Under the pieces are notes generated by a model. The model was not told the origin of the DNA and did not search any database. It saw only the letters and a program-made list of their open reading frames with translations. Below, piece by piece: positions 1-8,973 of a stretch of 60,605 nt of DNA; the first letter of the stretch is position 1; each line of letters opens with the position of its first letter. Made by a program: the position numbers and the translations under genes. Source of the stretch: a virus. Lineage: Duplodnaviria; Caudoviricetes. The DNA is taken from positions 1 to 60,605 of IMG/VR virus record IMGVR_UViG_3300036770_004227, one strand, 5' to 3'.

Positions 1-31
1 CAAAAATGCATTAGAAGGAATTAAACTGATA

Positions 32-679
32 ATGAGTATACTGCAGGGTGAACAAGATGTTAAGAGTGTTATTGATAACAGCAAAAAGTTAGATTCTAAC
101 GTTAAAGCAAAACTTGACGCTATCATTGCTGGTGCTGCAAACTTCAAAGAACCCGATCAAGGTGTGGCGGAAGGTGAAGTAGTTCAACCTGATTTCAGCA
201 AACGATTTAAACCATCACTAGGTAGTACAGTAAATAAATCTCCCTACTATAAAAATCCAGACATAGCCGTACCAGCATTTGATAAACGACGAAAGTCAGT
301 GTGGCGTGATGGCGTAAGCAATCCAAAAGACAGAGAAGAATTTCATCACTTTGAAGTTGATTCATTTGGACGTTCATATCAAATTACAGGCATCACTAAA
401 TCAGGTGAAAGAGTTCAAACAAGTACTACACCATCAAAAGAATTAGCAGAAGTATTAGTTAACTCCTACAATCGTGGTGGTTTTACTGATGTAGATATAG
501 AGAAAGTGCCATTCTCAAAATCAAGCAAAGAAAAACCTAATCTCAAATTAGTGAAATCAGATGAAGTCAAAGAAAATACGGCTGGAAGTGTAGCCACCGT
601 AGTTAATCCTAAAGCAAAAGATAGATCAAAGGTTGGCACACTATTTGGCGGCACATATAAACAACGAAAAGATAAATAA
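32..679 (+). CDS. Hypothetical protein, probable head-packaged/internal virion protein (may begin upstream of the window)
   Basis: 215-aa ORF; hydrophilic, with QGVAE|G and VKE|N segments resembling prohead-protease (I/L/V-x-E) cleavage sites. Confidence 0.5.
   Translation: MSILQGEQDVKSVIDNSKKLDSNVKAKLDAIIAGAANFKEPDQGVAEGEVVQPDFSKRFKPSLGSTVNKSPYYKNPDIAVPAFDKRRKSVWRDGVSNPKDREEFHHFEVDSFGRSYQITGITKSGERVQTSTTPSKELAEVLVNSYNRGGFTDVDIEKVPFSKSSKEKPNLKLVKSDEVKENTAGSVATVVNPKAKDRSKVGTLFGGTYKQRKDK
673..678 (+). promoter_or_regulatory. T4-type late promoter (TAAATA)
   Basis: GATAAATA about 27 nt upstream of the ORF at 706; the same motif recurs before structural genes. Confidence 0.55.
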
Positions 680-705
680 AAGTATATTAAAGAGAAACCA
701 ACAAC

Positions 706-1929
706 ATGAGTGATATTAAAAACATTTTATCTAAACTAGATAATTTATCTAATCAAATAAAATCAATATCTGAATCAAATAAGTTTCCAGGTTATTGGAA
801 AGGAACAGATAGCGCCGACCAGGCTAAGAAAAAGATGGTAGGCACCGAGAATAAAAAAATATCAGAACAAATCATAGAAAGAAAGAAAATCAAAGTAAAA
901 GAAAACGATCTTGATTTCAAGGCCGGTAATCCAGGTCAATGGCCAACAGGACGTACTCCATCACCAACTCGCACTCCATTGCCAACTCGCACATCGTTGC
1001 CATCACCTACAACTAGTTTAGAACCCGATATAGTTTTAGATCCACCCATTAACAGAGAAAATATTCCTGCTGGAACTTCACCTAAAAAACCTACATCTGC
1101 TAAGACTCGCATTTCGTTAAAGCCAGGAGAAACAATGGATCAGGCGATTGCCAGATTAACACCAAAGTCACCAGAACAAATAAGAATGGAAAAACAGGCG
1201 GCTGCTGCTGCAAAGGCTCGGGCGGAAATGTCACCATCAGTATGGAGATCAGCAAGACCCGATTTCTCTAAAGTTCCAACTTTAACCACACCTATAGAAG
1301 AGCCTTCTAAACCATCAGGATGGAGATCAGCAAGACCAGGTGCGGCTAGAGGTCCAGCAGTTCCTTCAACTATTCCAAGTCTAACACCATTTAGTACTAT
1401 GGGTATACCACAAGGTGCTAAGAAGGCAAAGTTTGAGAGTATTAAATCAAAATCAAACAAAGTTAACTCTGAAAACAAAAAAGAAATAAATCGTTTATCT
1501 AGAAAATTTGAAAATTATTTAAACAATAAGTTTGGTCTCATAGAAAGTAACTATGTTCCAAAAAAAAAAGTTAAATTAGAAAATACATTATATCCAAATA
1601 CACAAGACCCAAATATACAGAAAACTAGCACGAATCAACAAAAAGAAAAAGCAGCACAGCAAAAAAATCAAGATCAACGTGTTGATATTGCCACTGCCAA
1701 AAATACTATGGCAGGTCTGAAAAATATATTAGGTCCTAGTTTGGATATAAATCAGGCAGCAAACGCAGTTGTAAAAATAAATGATCAAAAACCACTAACT
1801 GGTCCTGAACAACAAGCAATGAGTGCCATTACTCCGTTAATAGCAAAAGCAGCAGAAACACCACAAACAGCAACTAATTTAAAAACATCATTATCTAATG
1901 CTGGTTATTTGGCCAAGATAGGAAAATAA
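706..1929 (+). CDS. Hypothetical Pro/Thr/Lys-rich protein, probable internal head protein
   Basis: 407-aa ORF after a late promoter; low-complexity PTRT repeats, duplicated WRSARP motif, multiple I/L/V-x-E sites. Confidence 0.55.
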   Translation: MSDIKNILSKLDNLSNQIKSISESNKFPGYWKGTDSADQAKKKMVGTENKKISEQIIERKKIKVKENDLDFKAGNPGQWPTGRTPSPTRTPLPTRTSLPSPTTSLEPDIVLDPPINRENIPAGTSPKKPTSAKTRISLKPGETMDQAIARLTPKSPEQIRMEKQAAAAAKARAEMSPSVWRSARPDFSKVPTLTTPIEEPSKPSGWRSARPGAARGPAVPSTIPSLTPFSTMGIPQGAKKAKFESIKSKSNKVNSENKKEINRLSRKFENYLNNKFGLIESNYVPKKKVKLENTLYPNTQDPNIQKTSTNQQKEKAAQQKNQDQRVDIATAKNTMAGLKNILGPSLDINQAANAVVKINDQKPLTGPEQQAMSAITPLIAKAAETPQTATNLKTSLSNAGYLAKIGK

Positions 1930-1931
1930 AA

Positions 1932-4100
1932 ATGAATTTATACGATTTATACTCAAGTAAAAAAATAAATCTTATCGAAAATCCCATTTCTGCTAGTGAC
2001 GTTGAAAAACAAATCATAGATGAAAATCTACACAAATGGTTTAAAGAAAAATGGGTTCGTTTTGGACCAGATGGTAAAATACGAGGAGATTGCGCCAGAG
2101 ATGATGACAGTGAAGGCAAGCCAAAATGCTTACCTCAATCAAAAGCACATAGTTTAGGAAAAAAAGGACGTGCTAGTGCTGCTAGTAGAAAACGCAGAGA
2201 AGATCCTAATCCAGAACGCCGTGGCGCAGCAATAAATGTTGCTACGAAAAAAGAAAGTATCAGTGAAGAAGAATTCTATGAAAAACTGATTATGCTAGAA
2301 TACAAGTTAGCAGAAGCAGAAAAAGCTTCAGACATGGGTACATCTCAGCCTGCAAGTAAAAATCGTGCATCAGAATTAGACAATTTACCTCTGCCGTCTT
2401 CAGCAGTTGTAACTTCACCCATGCCTCGTACAACTCGTTCAGATAATCGTCCAGCAGTTCAAGCAACATCATTGCCACCAGTTGGTAGAGAAATGCCATC
2501 TGCATTGAATACTACTAGATCAGTCAGTTCAAAAAAACCTGCCACTAACGCTATTGCGTCGCCGCCAACACAATCGTCGTACACCGGGCAACGCGGAGAC
2601 ACGAAATATAAACCGAGATCTATATATGATAAAGAAAACGCTGAATGGGAACAAAAAACAAAAAATTTACCTAGACAAAATCCAAAAGATTTACCACAAC
2701 CTAGTAAATTGTCTCGTATCATGGGCGGTGAAAAAATATCTGATGTCTTTATGACTCAACAAGATAAAGAAGATAAAGCAAGACGCATTCGATCTTATGC
2801 TGCACCAGCAAATCCATCATCTTCCGGACGTGTAACTCCTGCTCCATCTGGTAGTATTACACCACCAGAAAAATCAGCACCAGTTGCAAAGCCAAAAAGT
2901 ATTGGTGCTGCACCAACAACTATTCCATCTCGCACCGTATCAAATGCTCCCACTCAGACCAGTACAACAAATTCAAAACAATCCTGGCAAGATATATACA
3001 ACATCAATAAACAAACTATAGGTAAAAATCCAAACCTAATTAAAATAGGTCAAAAATTAAAATTACCAAATGGCAAAATTTATACAGTCGGCAAGGGAGA
3101 TAATCTTTATAACATTGCACGAGGCATATATAAAGGCAAGTTAAGTGAAGATTTTCAATTTAGTCCTGAACAAGAAAAATGGATAGGTTCGGGAGACAAA
3201 CAAAATCCATATATTTTAGCCAGAATGCCTGGCGCTAAACCGCCACCTGAGTATTTCTCAGATCCAAAAAATCAAAAAATTGCACAACAAATATATCAAT
3301 CACAGGACTTAGCGAACAAATGGCAACAATTTCGTCAAAGTGGATCATTGACTAGCAATATATTAAGTAGAGTTCCAGGTGTAAATAAAGCGGCAAACGT
3401 AATAGATATAGGAGCAAACGTCGTTAAGGGAGATTTTGCTGCCGCAGGCAAGCAAGCATTAGGTATGATACCAGCAGCAAAGCCAATTAATTTAGCATTA
3501 CAACAATCTGATGATCTTATTGGAAATATAAAAAAAGGTAATTATATCGGCGCAACAGGTGATGCGTTACGTACTGCTGCCGTAAATAAAATATCAAACA
3601 AATTAAACTTACCAAATCAAATAAAAGAAACAGAAAATACCTGTCCTCAATGTGGCGGTGTCGCATTAGATGATAAAATCTTAGCAGAAAAGAAAGATGC
3701 ATGCTATCACAAAGTAAAAAGCAGATATAAAGTTTGGCCAAGTGCATATGCAAGTGGCGCTCTAGTTAAGTGTCGCAAAAAAGGCGCAAAGAATTGGGGT
3801 AAATCAAAGACAAACGAAGATACAAATCTGTATTTCAACGTGGTGGGAACAGATAAGAAAACATTAATCTCTGAGTTTAAATTACAACACAATGCACGAG
3901 GATGGTACCTAAACGAAAATTCACCATCATCTCTTAAATTAGATGCTGTTCGTGCTTTTGGTATGCCACTTAGCGAAGAAGAATTAAATCCAATCGCATA
4001 TGATGGCACTGCCGCGACCATTGGCACCGACAACGGTAAGAGTCCAGTAGGATCTATACCAAAAAGTCAACACATAAATAAAAGAAGAGGTAAAGTGTAA
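1932..4100 (+). CDS. Multi-module virion protein with LysM-like module and DUF5872-like halves
   Basis: 722 aa; LysM-type WQDIYNINK..NPNLIKIGQKLKLP..YTVGKGDNLYNIA; basic modules LHKWFKEKWV and KVWPSAYASGALVKCRK. Confidence 0.6.
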   Translation: MNLYDLYSSKKINLIENPISASDVEKQIIDENLHKWFKEKWVRFGPDGKIRGDCARDDDSEGKPKCLPQSKAHSLGKKGRASAASRKRREDPNPERRGAAINVATKKESISEEEFYEKLIMLEYKLAEAEKASDMGTSQPASKNRASELDNLPLPSSAVVTSPMPRTTRSDNRPAVQATSLPPVGREMPSALNTTRSVSSKKPATNAIASPPTQSSYTGQRGDTKYKPRSIYDKENAEWEQKTKNLPRQNPKDLPQPSKLSRIMGGEKISDVFMTQQDKEDKARRIRSYAAPANPSSSGRVTPAPSGSITPPEKSAPVAKPKSIGAAPTTIPSRTVSNAPTQTSTTNSKQSWQDIYNINKQTIGKNPNLIKIGQKLKLPNGKIYTVGKGDNLYNIARGIYKGKLSEDFQFSPEQEKWIGSGDKQNPYILARMPGAKPPPEYFSDPKNQKIAQQIYQSQDLANKWQQFRQSGSLTSNILSRVPGVNKAANVIDIGANVVKGDFAAAGKQALGMIPAAKPINLALQQSDDLIGNIKKGNYIGATGDALRTAAVNKISNKLNLPNQIKETENTCPQCGGVALDDKILAEKKDACYHKVKSRYKVWPSAYASGALVKCRKKGAKNWGKSKTNEDTNLYFNVVGTDKKTLISEFKLQHNARGWYLNENSPSSLKLDAVRAFGMPLSEEELNPIAYDGTAATIGTDNGKSPVGSIPKSQHINKRRGKV

Positions 4101-4543
4101 TGGACGAATTAGCAAAAGCAATGAAAATTGCATTCAGTACTGAATTCAGTTTTTATTTAAAATCTCATTTTTATCACTGGAACGTCGAAGGTCCAGACTT
4201 TGATCAATATCATAATTTGTTTAGTAAAATATACGAAGAAGTATATGAAAGCATAGACGCATTTGCCGAAAATATTAGAAAACTAGGAACATATACTCCT
4301 GGTAGTTATACCAGACTTAGTATGTTGTCTCAAATAGATGATGAGTTGACAGTTCCACCAGCATTGGATATGATAAACGATTTATTAAATGACAGTGAAA
4401 AGTGCATTAAAATATTCAAAATGGTATACGATCTTTCAGAACGTGAGGGCGAAGTGGGATTAAGTGACTTCCTAGCGAATAGAATATCGGCTCATAAAAA
4501 ACATAGTTGGATGTTAAAGGCTACATTAAATGAACGAGTCTAA
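4100..4543 (+). CDS. dps: Dps / ferritin-like DNA-protecting protein
   Basis: Ferroxidase signature HFYHWNVEGPDF..H..F..IYE....D..AE.IR.LG and C-terminal HKKHSWML. Confidence 0.92.
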   Translation: MDELAKAMKIAFSTEFSFYLKSHFYHWNVEGPDFDQYHNLFSKIYEEVYESIDAFAENIRKLGTYTPGSYTRLSMLSQIDDELTVPPALDMINDLLNDSEKCIKIFKMVYDLSEREGEVGLSDFLANRISAHKKHSWMLKATLNERV

Positions 4544-4679
4544 TATTGTCCCAGCATCAGAAGAAACTATAAATACTACAGAAAATCTAGTCAAAGAACT
4601 TATTGTAGAACAAGTTCAATTTACCGATGATCTGGAAAACACAAATATCAATTATTTAAACTATTTAATAATTGGTTAA
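4530..4679 (+). CDS. Possible 49-aa acidic small protein (MNESNIVPAS...YLIIG)
   Basis: Open ATG..TAA frame overlapping the dps end; below the ORF-track cutoff; no recognisable motif. Confidence 0.3.
   Translation: MNESNIVPASEETINTTENLVKELIVEQVQFTDDLENTNINYLNYLIIG
4568..4575 (+). promoter_or_regulatory. Perfect T4 late promoter TATAAATA
   Basis: Exact T4 gp55 consensus; the only plus-strand element downstream before the convergent endonuclease is the structured 4681-4745 segment. Confidence 0.45.
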
Positions 4680-4680
4680 C

Positions 4681-4745
4681 AGTCTTGGCCTTAGGACCGA
4701 GTAGGTCGCCCCATACCTCAATACGATGAATTCGCTACTCAGACT
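4681..4745. ncRNA. Candidate small structured RNA with 23S rRNA H69-H71 complementarity
   Basis: GC-rich intergenic island; stems AGTCT/AGACT and GAGTAG/CTACTC; CCTTAGGACCG (4689-4699) and TTCGCTAC (4731-4738) are reverse complements of 23S CGGUCCUAAGG and GUAGCGAA. Confidence 0.4.
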
Positions 4746-5535
4746 ATTCAAAATGGGGCTTTTTTATAATTTTCCATCTTTTAACATGTGATCTAGTCCC
4801 ATTAATATGAGAACTTAAATTACCTCCACAATTAAACTCTTTACGAAATTCAGAATAAGTTTTATGTATTATTTCTAATGTATCTATGTTTTGAAATGTA
4901 TATAAGGCATTATTATATTTCCAATGATTTTTACCTGAGAATTTTTCTTTAACTTTCGGTCTTGCCCTTGCTCTTGCTATCAACCCATCAGGTCCTTTTA
5001 ATTTTTCAACTATTATTGGATCTAACATTGGATTTTTACCATTGAACAATTTCTTATCTTTATTTTTTTCTCTTTTTGTCCAATGATTTTCTCCTCGCTG
5101 TCTATCTCCTATTTTCTTTTTAGTTTCATTTGTTCTATTAGAACTGGCATTGCCTATATTTTTCTTATGCTCCTCTGACAGTTTTCTTCCAGTTAATGAT
5201 TTCTTCGTATTTTTACTTATTAATTGTCTAACTTCATCAGAAGGATTACTTAGTCCATCGCCTCCATCTGTTGTATTACGAAGTATACCCGTTCCTAAAT
5301 CTTTTCTGCCCCACCATTTTATCAATCTTCTTTCAATAGCCAAGGCACCTATCTCTGTTAAATTTTGTTCCAAAATGTAAATTCTATGTAAATTATTTGG
5401 TAATTTGCCAGAACCTGTATGTTTTACCCATGCTCTTTTATTACTTCCTTTTCCTATGTAATACGGTGTACCGTCATTTCGCAAATAAGCGTAGACATAA
5501 AATCCCGAAGGAGTATAATTTTTACTAAATATCAT
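4744..5535 (-). CDS. Free-standing GIY-YIG-type homing endonuclease with NUMOD3 repeats
   Basis: [21 protein letters not shown]...E..LI...GR.D.GTG.L.N.TDGGDG, then [18 protein letters not shown]3 motif; start moved to ATG 5535 behind a GGAG SD; opposite orientation to neighbours. Confidence 0.85.
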   Translation of the reverse strand: MIFSKNYTPSGFYVYAYLRNDGTPYYIGKGSNKRAWVKHTGSGKLPNNLHRIYILEQNLTEIGALAIERRLIKWWGRKDLGTGILRNTTDGGDGLSNPSDEVRQLISKNTKKSLTGRKLSEEHKKNIGNASSNRTNETKKKIGDRQRGENHWTKREKNKDKKLFNGKNPMLDPIIVEKLKGPDGLIARARARPKVKEKFSGKNHWKYNNALYTFQNIDTLEIIHKTYSEFRKEFNCGGNLSSHINGTRSHVKRWKIIKKPHFE

Positions 5536-5612
5536 TGCTGGTTGCTCCATTTTAGCAATTAGAGTAGATGGGCACCCGACCAAAGTTGCCGCGATCTACA
5601 CTTTTATTTATC
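5533..5612 (-). promoter_or_regulatory. Late promoter plus structured leader of the homing endonuclease
   Basis: TAAATA (5605-5610, minus) followed by a GTAGAT/ATCTAC stem and TTGCT/AGCAA stems overlapping the SD and ATG. Confidence 0.55.
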
Positions 5613-5670
5613 AAATTTCTTTCATAACAATCTTAAATTTAATAAAATGATATTTTTGAAAGGTAACAGT

Positions 5671-5961
5671 ATGAACAACAAACATACAACTAACGATTAT
5701 GACGGACCTATTACATTCAGCGGCGATCAAAAAATAAAACTTTCACAAATAATTACTGAAGGCATGAATACTTTACACGAAATAGAAACATTAAGAGATG
5801 GATTAAGTGATACTATAAAGGCAATTTCCGAAGAAATGTCCATACCTTCGTCAATTTTAAAAAAAGCAATCAAGGTAGCACACAAGGCAGAATTTCATAA
5901 AACTAAAAAAGATCAAGAATTACTAGAAACAATCTTGGAAACAGTTGGACGAACCCTATAA
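5671..5961 (+). CDS. DsbA/GapR-like double-stranded DNA-binding protein
   Basis: Helical L..I..EG.....EIE.L..GL.DTIKAI.EE..I....LKKAIK.AHK pattern; directly upstream of the polymerase; ATG 5671 after AAGGT. Confidence 0.6.
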   Translation: MNNKHTTNDYDGPITFSGDQKIKLSQIITEGMNTLHEIETLRDGLSDTIKAISEEMSIPSSILKKAIKVAHKAEFHKTKKDQELLETILETVGRTL

Positions 5962-8903
5962 TGAGTTATATAGACGCTTTTCTTGAAAGAGAAAAAGATG
6001 TTATTCACGTTATAGAACGTGATGAGCACGGCGTTAGGCGTTATATAGACTATCCAACAAACTACGTTTTGTACTACGAAGATCAAAAAGGCAAATACCG
6101 TAGTGTATTCGGTGATAGTTTGAGTAAATTTAGTACCAGAAAGCACAGTGAATTTCAAAAAGAAAAACGTATACTTTCAAACAAAAAGTTATTTGAAAGT
6201 GACGTAAATCCTGTATTCAGATGTCTGGCTGACAATTATCTAGAACGTCCTGCGCCTAAACTACATACGGCATTTTTTGACATTGAATCAGATATGCAAC
6301 CATACGCTTATCCGAACTCACATGTTGTAAAAATTAAATCCATTCAAACAAACGTAATCAAAAATATAACCGTACATGAACTAAGTCACTTACATGGCAA
6401 GGATAACTACGTAGTATATGACACTGACGAACTTCGGTGGGTGAGCATACACGAATCCGCATATCTAAAACTAGGTCCAGGCTTTGCATCTACGTCTGAT
6501 CCATTCAACAAAGTAACTGCTATTACTCTGTACTTGGATTGGCTAGAACAATTAGTTACGTTATGCATTCCGCCAGCACACATTAGCATTGATGAGGCAA
6601 AACTACTTGTCGAAGATATTGAAAATGTTTTTATTTTCGAAAATGAAGTGGAAATGTTTGAAACATTCTTCATGCTGATTGAAGATGCTGATGTTCTTAC
6701 TGGATGGAATAGCGAGAGTTACGATATACCTTATTTGGTAAATCGTGTTATCAGAGTAATGAGTAAGGACGACACTAGAAAGTTCTGTTTACTAGATCAA
6801 CTGCCTAGACAACGAACCATAAATAAGTTCGGAAAAACAGAAACCACATATGATCTTTCCGGACGTGTTCACATGGACTATTTGCAACTGTACAAGAAGT
6901 ACAACTATGAACAACGACACAGTTACAAATTAGACTACATTGGTGAAATGGAAGTCGGAGAAACCAAGACTGCCTACGAAGGAACACTAGATCAACTGTA
7001 CAATCGTGACTGGGCAACTTTCATCAAGTACAACCGTCAAGACACCCTACTAGTATACAAAATTCATGCAAAACTGAAATTTTTAGACTTAGCCAATCAA
7101 CTAGCACACGAAAACACCGTACTCCTAAAAACAGTTATGGGCAGTGTTGCAATGATTGAGCAGGCAGTTATCAACGAAGCACATCAACGAAATTTAATTG
7201 TTCAAAACAAACCCATTGATTATAAGGACGATGACCACTATGAAGATGATGAAGACGAAGAAGATATCACAGCCGCCGGTGCCTTTGTTGCTACGCCCAA
7301 AAGGGGCATGCACGAATGGGTCGCGGCGTGCGACATTAACAGTCTGTACCCATCAGTTATCCGCGCTCTTAACATGGCACCGGAAACCATCGTTGGACAA
7401 CTGCGACAAACTTTAACTGAACGATATATCGAAGACAAGAAGAAAAAATTAGCAAGAGAAAAGAAAAATAAAACAGCCAAAGATATCACTGGACCAGTTC
7501 TATGGGAAGGGTTATTCGGTTCATTAGAATACACAGCAGTAATGAATCAAGAGCGTGATACGCTGATAACGGTAGACTGGGAACGTGGTGGCAGTGACAC
7601 ATACAGCGCCGCTGAACTATGGCAACTAATCTTTGATAGCAATCAACAGTGGATGTTAAGTGCTAATGGAACAATATTCACATACTCACAGGAGGGAGTT
7701 ATTCCGGGTCTACTAAGCAGATGGTATCAAGAACGTAAACAAATTCAAGCAAAGTTGAAACAGGCTACCACAAAAGAAGATCAGGAATTCCTACACAAGC
7801 GTCAGTTAGTTCGAAAGATTTTGCTAAACTCAGCATATGGTGCACTATTAAATCGCCATTGCAAATTCTACGATTTGCGAATAGGCCAAAGCGTTACCTT
7901 GTCTGGACGTCAGATTGTAAAACACATGGGTTCAAAGTTAAATGAACTTATCACTGGCAAGTATGATATTACGGGCGAGTCAGTTATTTACGGCGACACC
8001 GATTCTATTTACTATACTGTATGGCCAATTATCAAGAACAGCGTAAAAGAAAATTCACTGGCATGGTCTAAAGAACGTGCGATTGAAATTTATGATGATC
8101 TTGCCAATGATACTAACGCTAGTTTCCCACAGTTCATGAAAGATGCATTTCACTGTCCATTAAAGAATGGAGAAATCATCAAAGCGGGTAGAGAACTGGT
8201 AGGCGATCGTGCTATTTTCATTACGAAAAAGCGTTATGCAGTTAACATTTACGATCAAGAAGGTAAACGGCTAGATGTAAACGGATCACGTGGCAAGATA
8301 AAGGCTATGGGTCTAGACCTAAAACGCAGTGATACTCCTAAATTTGTTCAAAAATTTCTCTACGATGTTCTAGACAATGTATTAGCAGGTAAAGATAGAG
8401 AATCGATCATTGAACAAATTAAGAAGTTCAAAGAAGAGTTGTCTAATATGGAAAGTTGGCAAAAGGGTAGTCCCAAATCGGTAAACAATTTAACACTGTA
8501 CGCCAACAAGGCCAAATCAAATTCACTGAAAGTTGACACACATCTGTTTCAAATGGCAGAACTACGCGGCGATGCTAATATGCCTGGGCATGTTCGTGCT
8601 AGTCTAAACTGGAATTATTTGCGTAGTATGAATAAAGATAACTACAGTATGCAGATAGTTGATGGTATGCGAGTTGTTATATGTAAGTTGAAATCGAATC
8701 AATACAACTTTACAAGTATAGCCTATCCAACTGATGAGCTGCGATTACCAGAATGGTTCTTATCACTACCATTTGATGATGAAGGCATGGAAAACACACT
8801 CGTAGACGAGAAGATAGATAATCTACTATCAGTATTGAATTGGAATCTCAAAGATGCCACAAAAATAAACGACGATTTTGCCGAATTATTTGAATTTGTA
8901 TAA
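5961..8903 (+). CDS. gp43: Family B DNA polymerase (T4 gp43-like)
   Basis: Exo I FFDIE, Exo II GWNSESYD, Exo III YNRQD; polymerase motifs DINSLYPS, KILLNSAYG, YGDTDS, KKRY. Confidence 0.97.
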   Translation: MSYIDAFLEREKDVIHVIERDEHGVRRYIDYPTNYVLYYEDQKGKYRSVFGDSLSKFSTRKHSEFQKEKRILSNKKLFESDVNPVFRCLADNYLERPAPKLHTAFFDIESDMQPYAYPNSHVVKIKSIQTNVIKNITVHELSHLHGKDNYVVYDTDELRWVSIHESAYLKLGPGFASTSDPFNKVTAITLYLDWLEQLVTLCIPPAHISIDEAKLLVEDIENVFIFENEVEMFETFFMLIEDADVLTGWNSESYDIPYLVNRVIRVMSKDDTRKFCLLDQLPRQRTINKFGKTETTYDLSGRVHMDYLQLYKKYNYEQRHSYKLDYIGEMEVGETKTAYEGTLDQLYNRDWATFIKYNRQDTLLVYKIHAKLKFLDLANQLAHENTVLLKTVMGSVAMIEQAVINEAHQRNLIVQNKPIDYKDDDHYEDDEDEEDITAAGAFVATPKRGMHEWVAACDINSLYPSVIRALNMAPETIVGQLRQTLTERYIEDKKKKLAREKKNKTAKDITGPVLWEGLFGSLEYTAVMNQERDTLITVDWERGGSDTYSAAELWQLIFDSNQQWMLSANGTIFTYSQEGVIPGLLSRWYQERKQIQAKLKQATTKEDQEFLHKRQLVRKILLNSAYGALLNRHCKFYDLRIGQSVTLSGRQIVKHMGSKLNELITGKYDITGESVIYGDTDSIYYTVWPIIKNSVKENSLAWSKERAIEIYDDLANDTNASFPQFMKDAFHCPLKNGEIIKAGRELVGDRAIFITKKRYAVNIYDQEGKRLDVNGSRGKIKAMGLDLKRSDTPKFVQKFLYDVLDNVLAGKDRESIIEQIKKFKEELSNMESWQKGSPKSVNNLTLYANKAKSNSLKVDTHLFQMAELRGDANMPGHVRASLNWNYLRSMNKDNYSMQIVDGMRVVICKLKSNQYNFTSIAYPTDELRLPEWFLSLPFDDEGMENTLVDEKIDNLLSVLNWNLKDATKINDDFAELFEFV

Positions 8904-8920
8904 ATTTATTGCTTTCAAAC

Positions 8921-8949
8921 TTGACATTCTGTCATTGTTTATCTAAAAT
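8921..8949 (+). promoter_or_regulatory. Sigma70-type early promoter
   Basis: TTGACA-17 bp-TAAAAT upstream of the ORF at 8974. Confidence 0.75.
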
Positions 8950-8973
8950 AATCCCAAACAACATAGGAAAAAT

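Noticed and set aside
1236-1337. 24-bp near-duplicate ATCAG(T/G)ATGGAGATCAGCAAGACC
   Set aside because: An in-frame coding duplication (WRSARP) in a low-complexity region with only two copies; not an array.
4744-5612. Group I intron or IS element around the homing endonuclease
   Set aside because: No interrupted gene, no P7-type core, and no terminal inverted repeats or target duplication seen; treated as free-standing.
6294-6476. Intein in the DNA polymerase
   Set aside because: Too short, and lacks the N-terminal Cys/Ser block and the His-Asn C-terminus.
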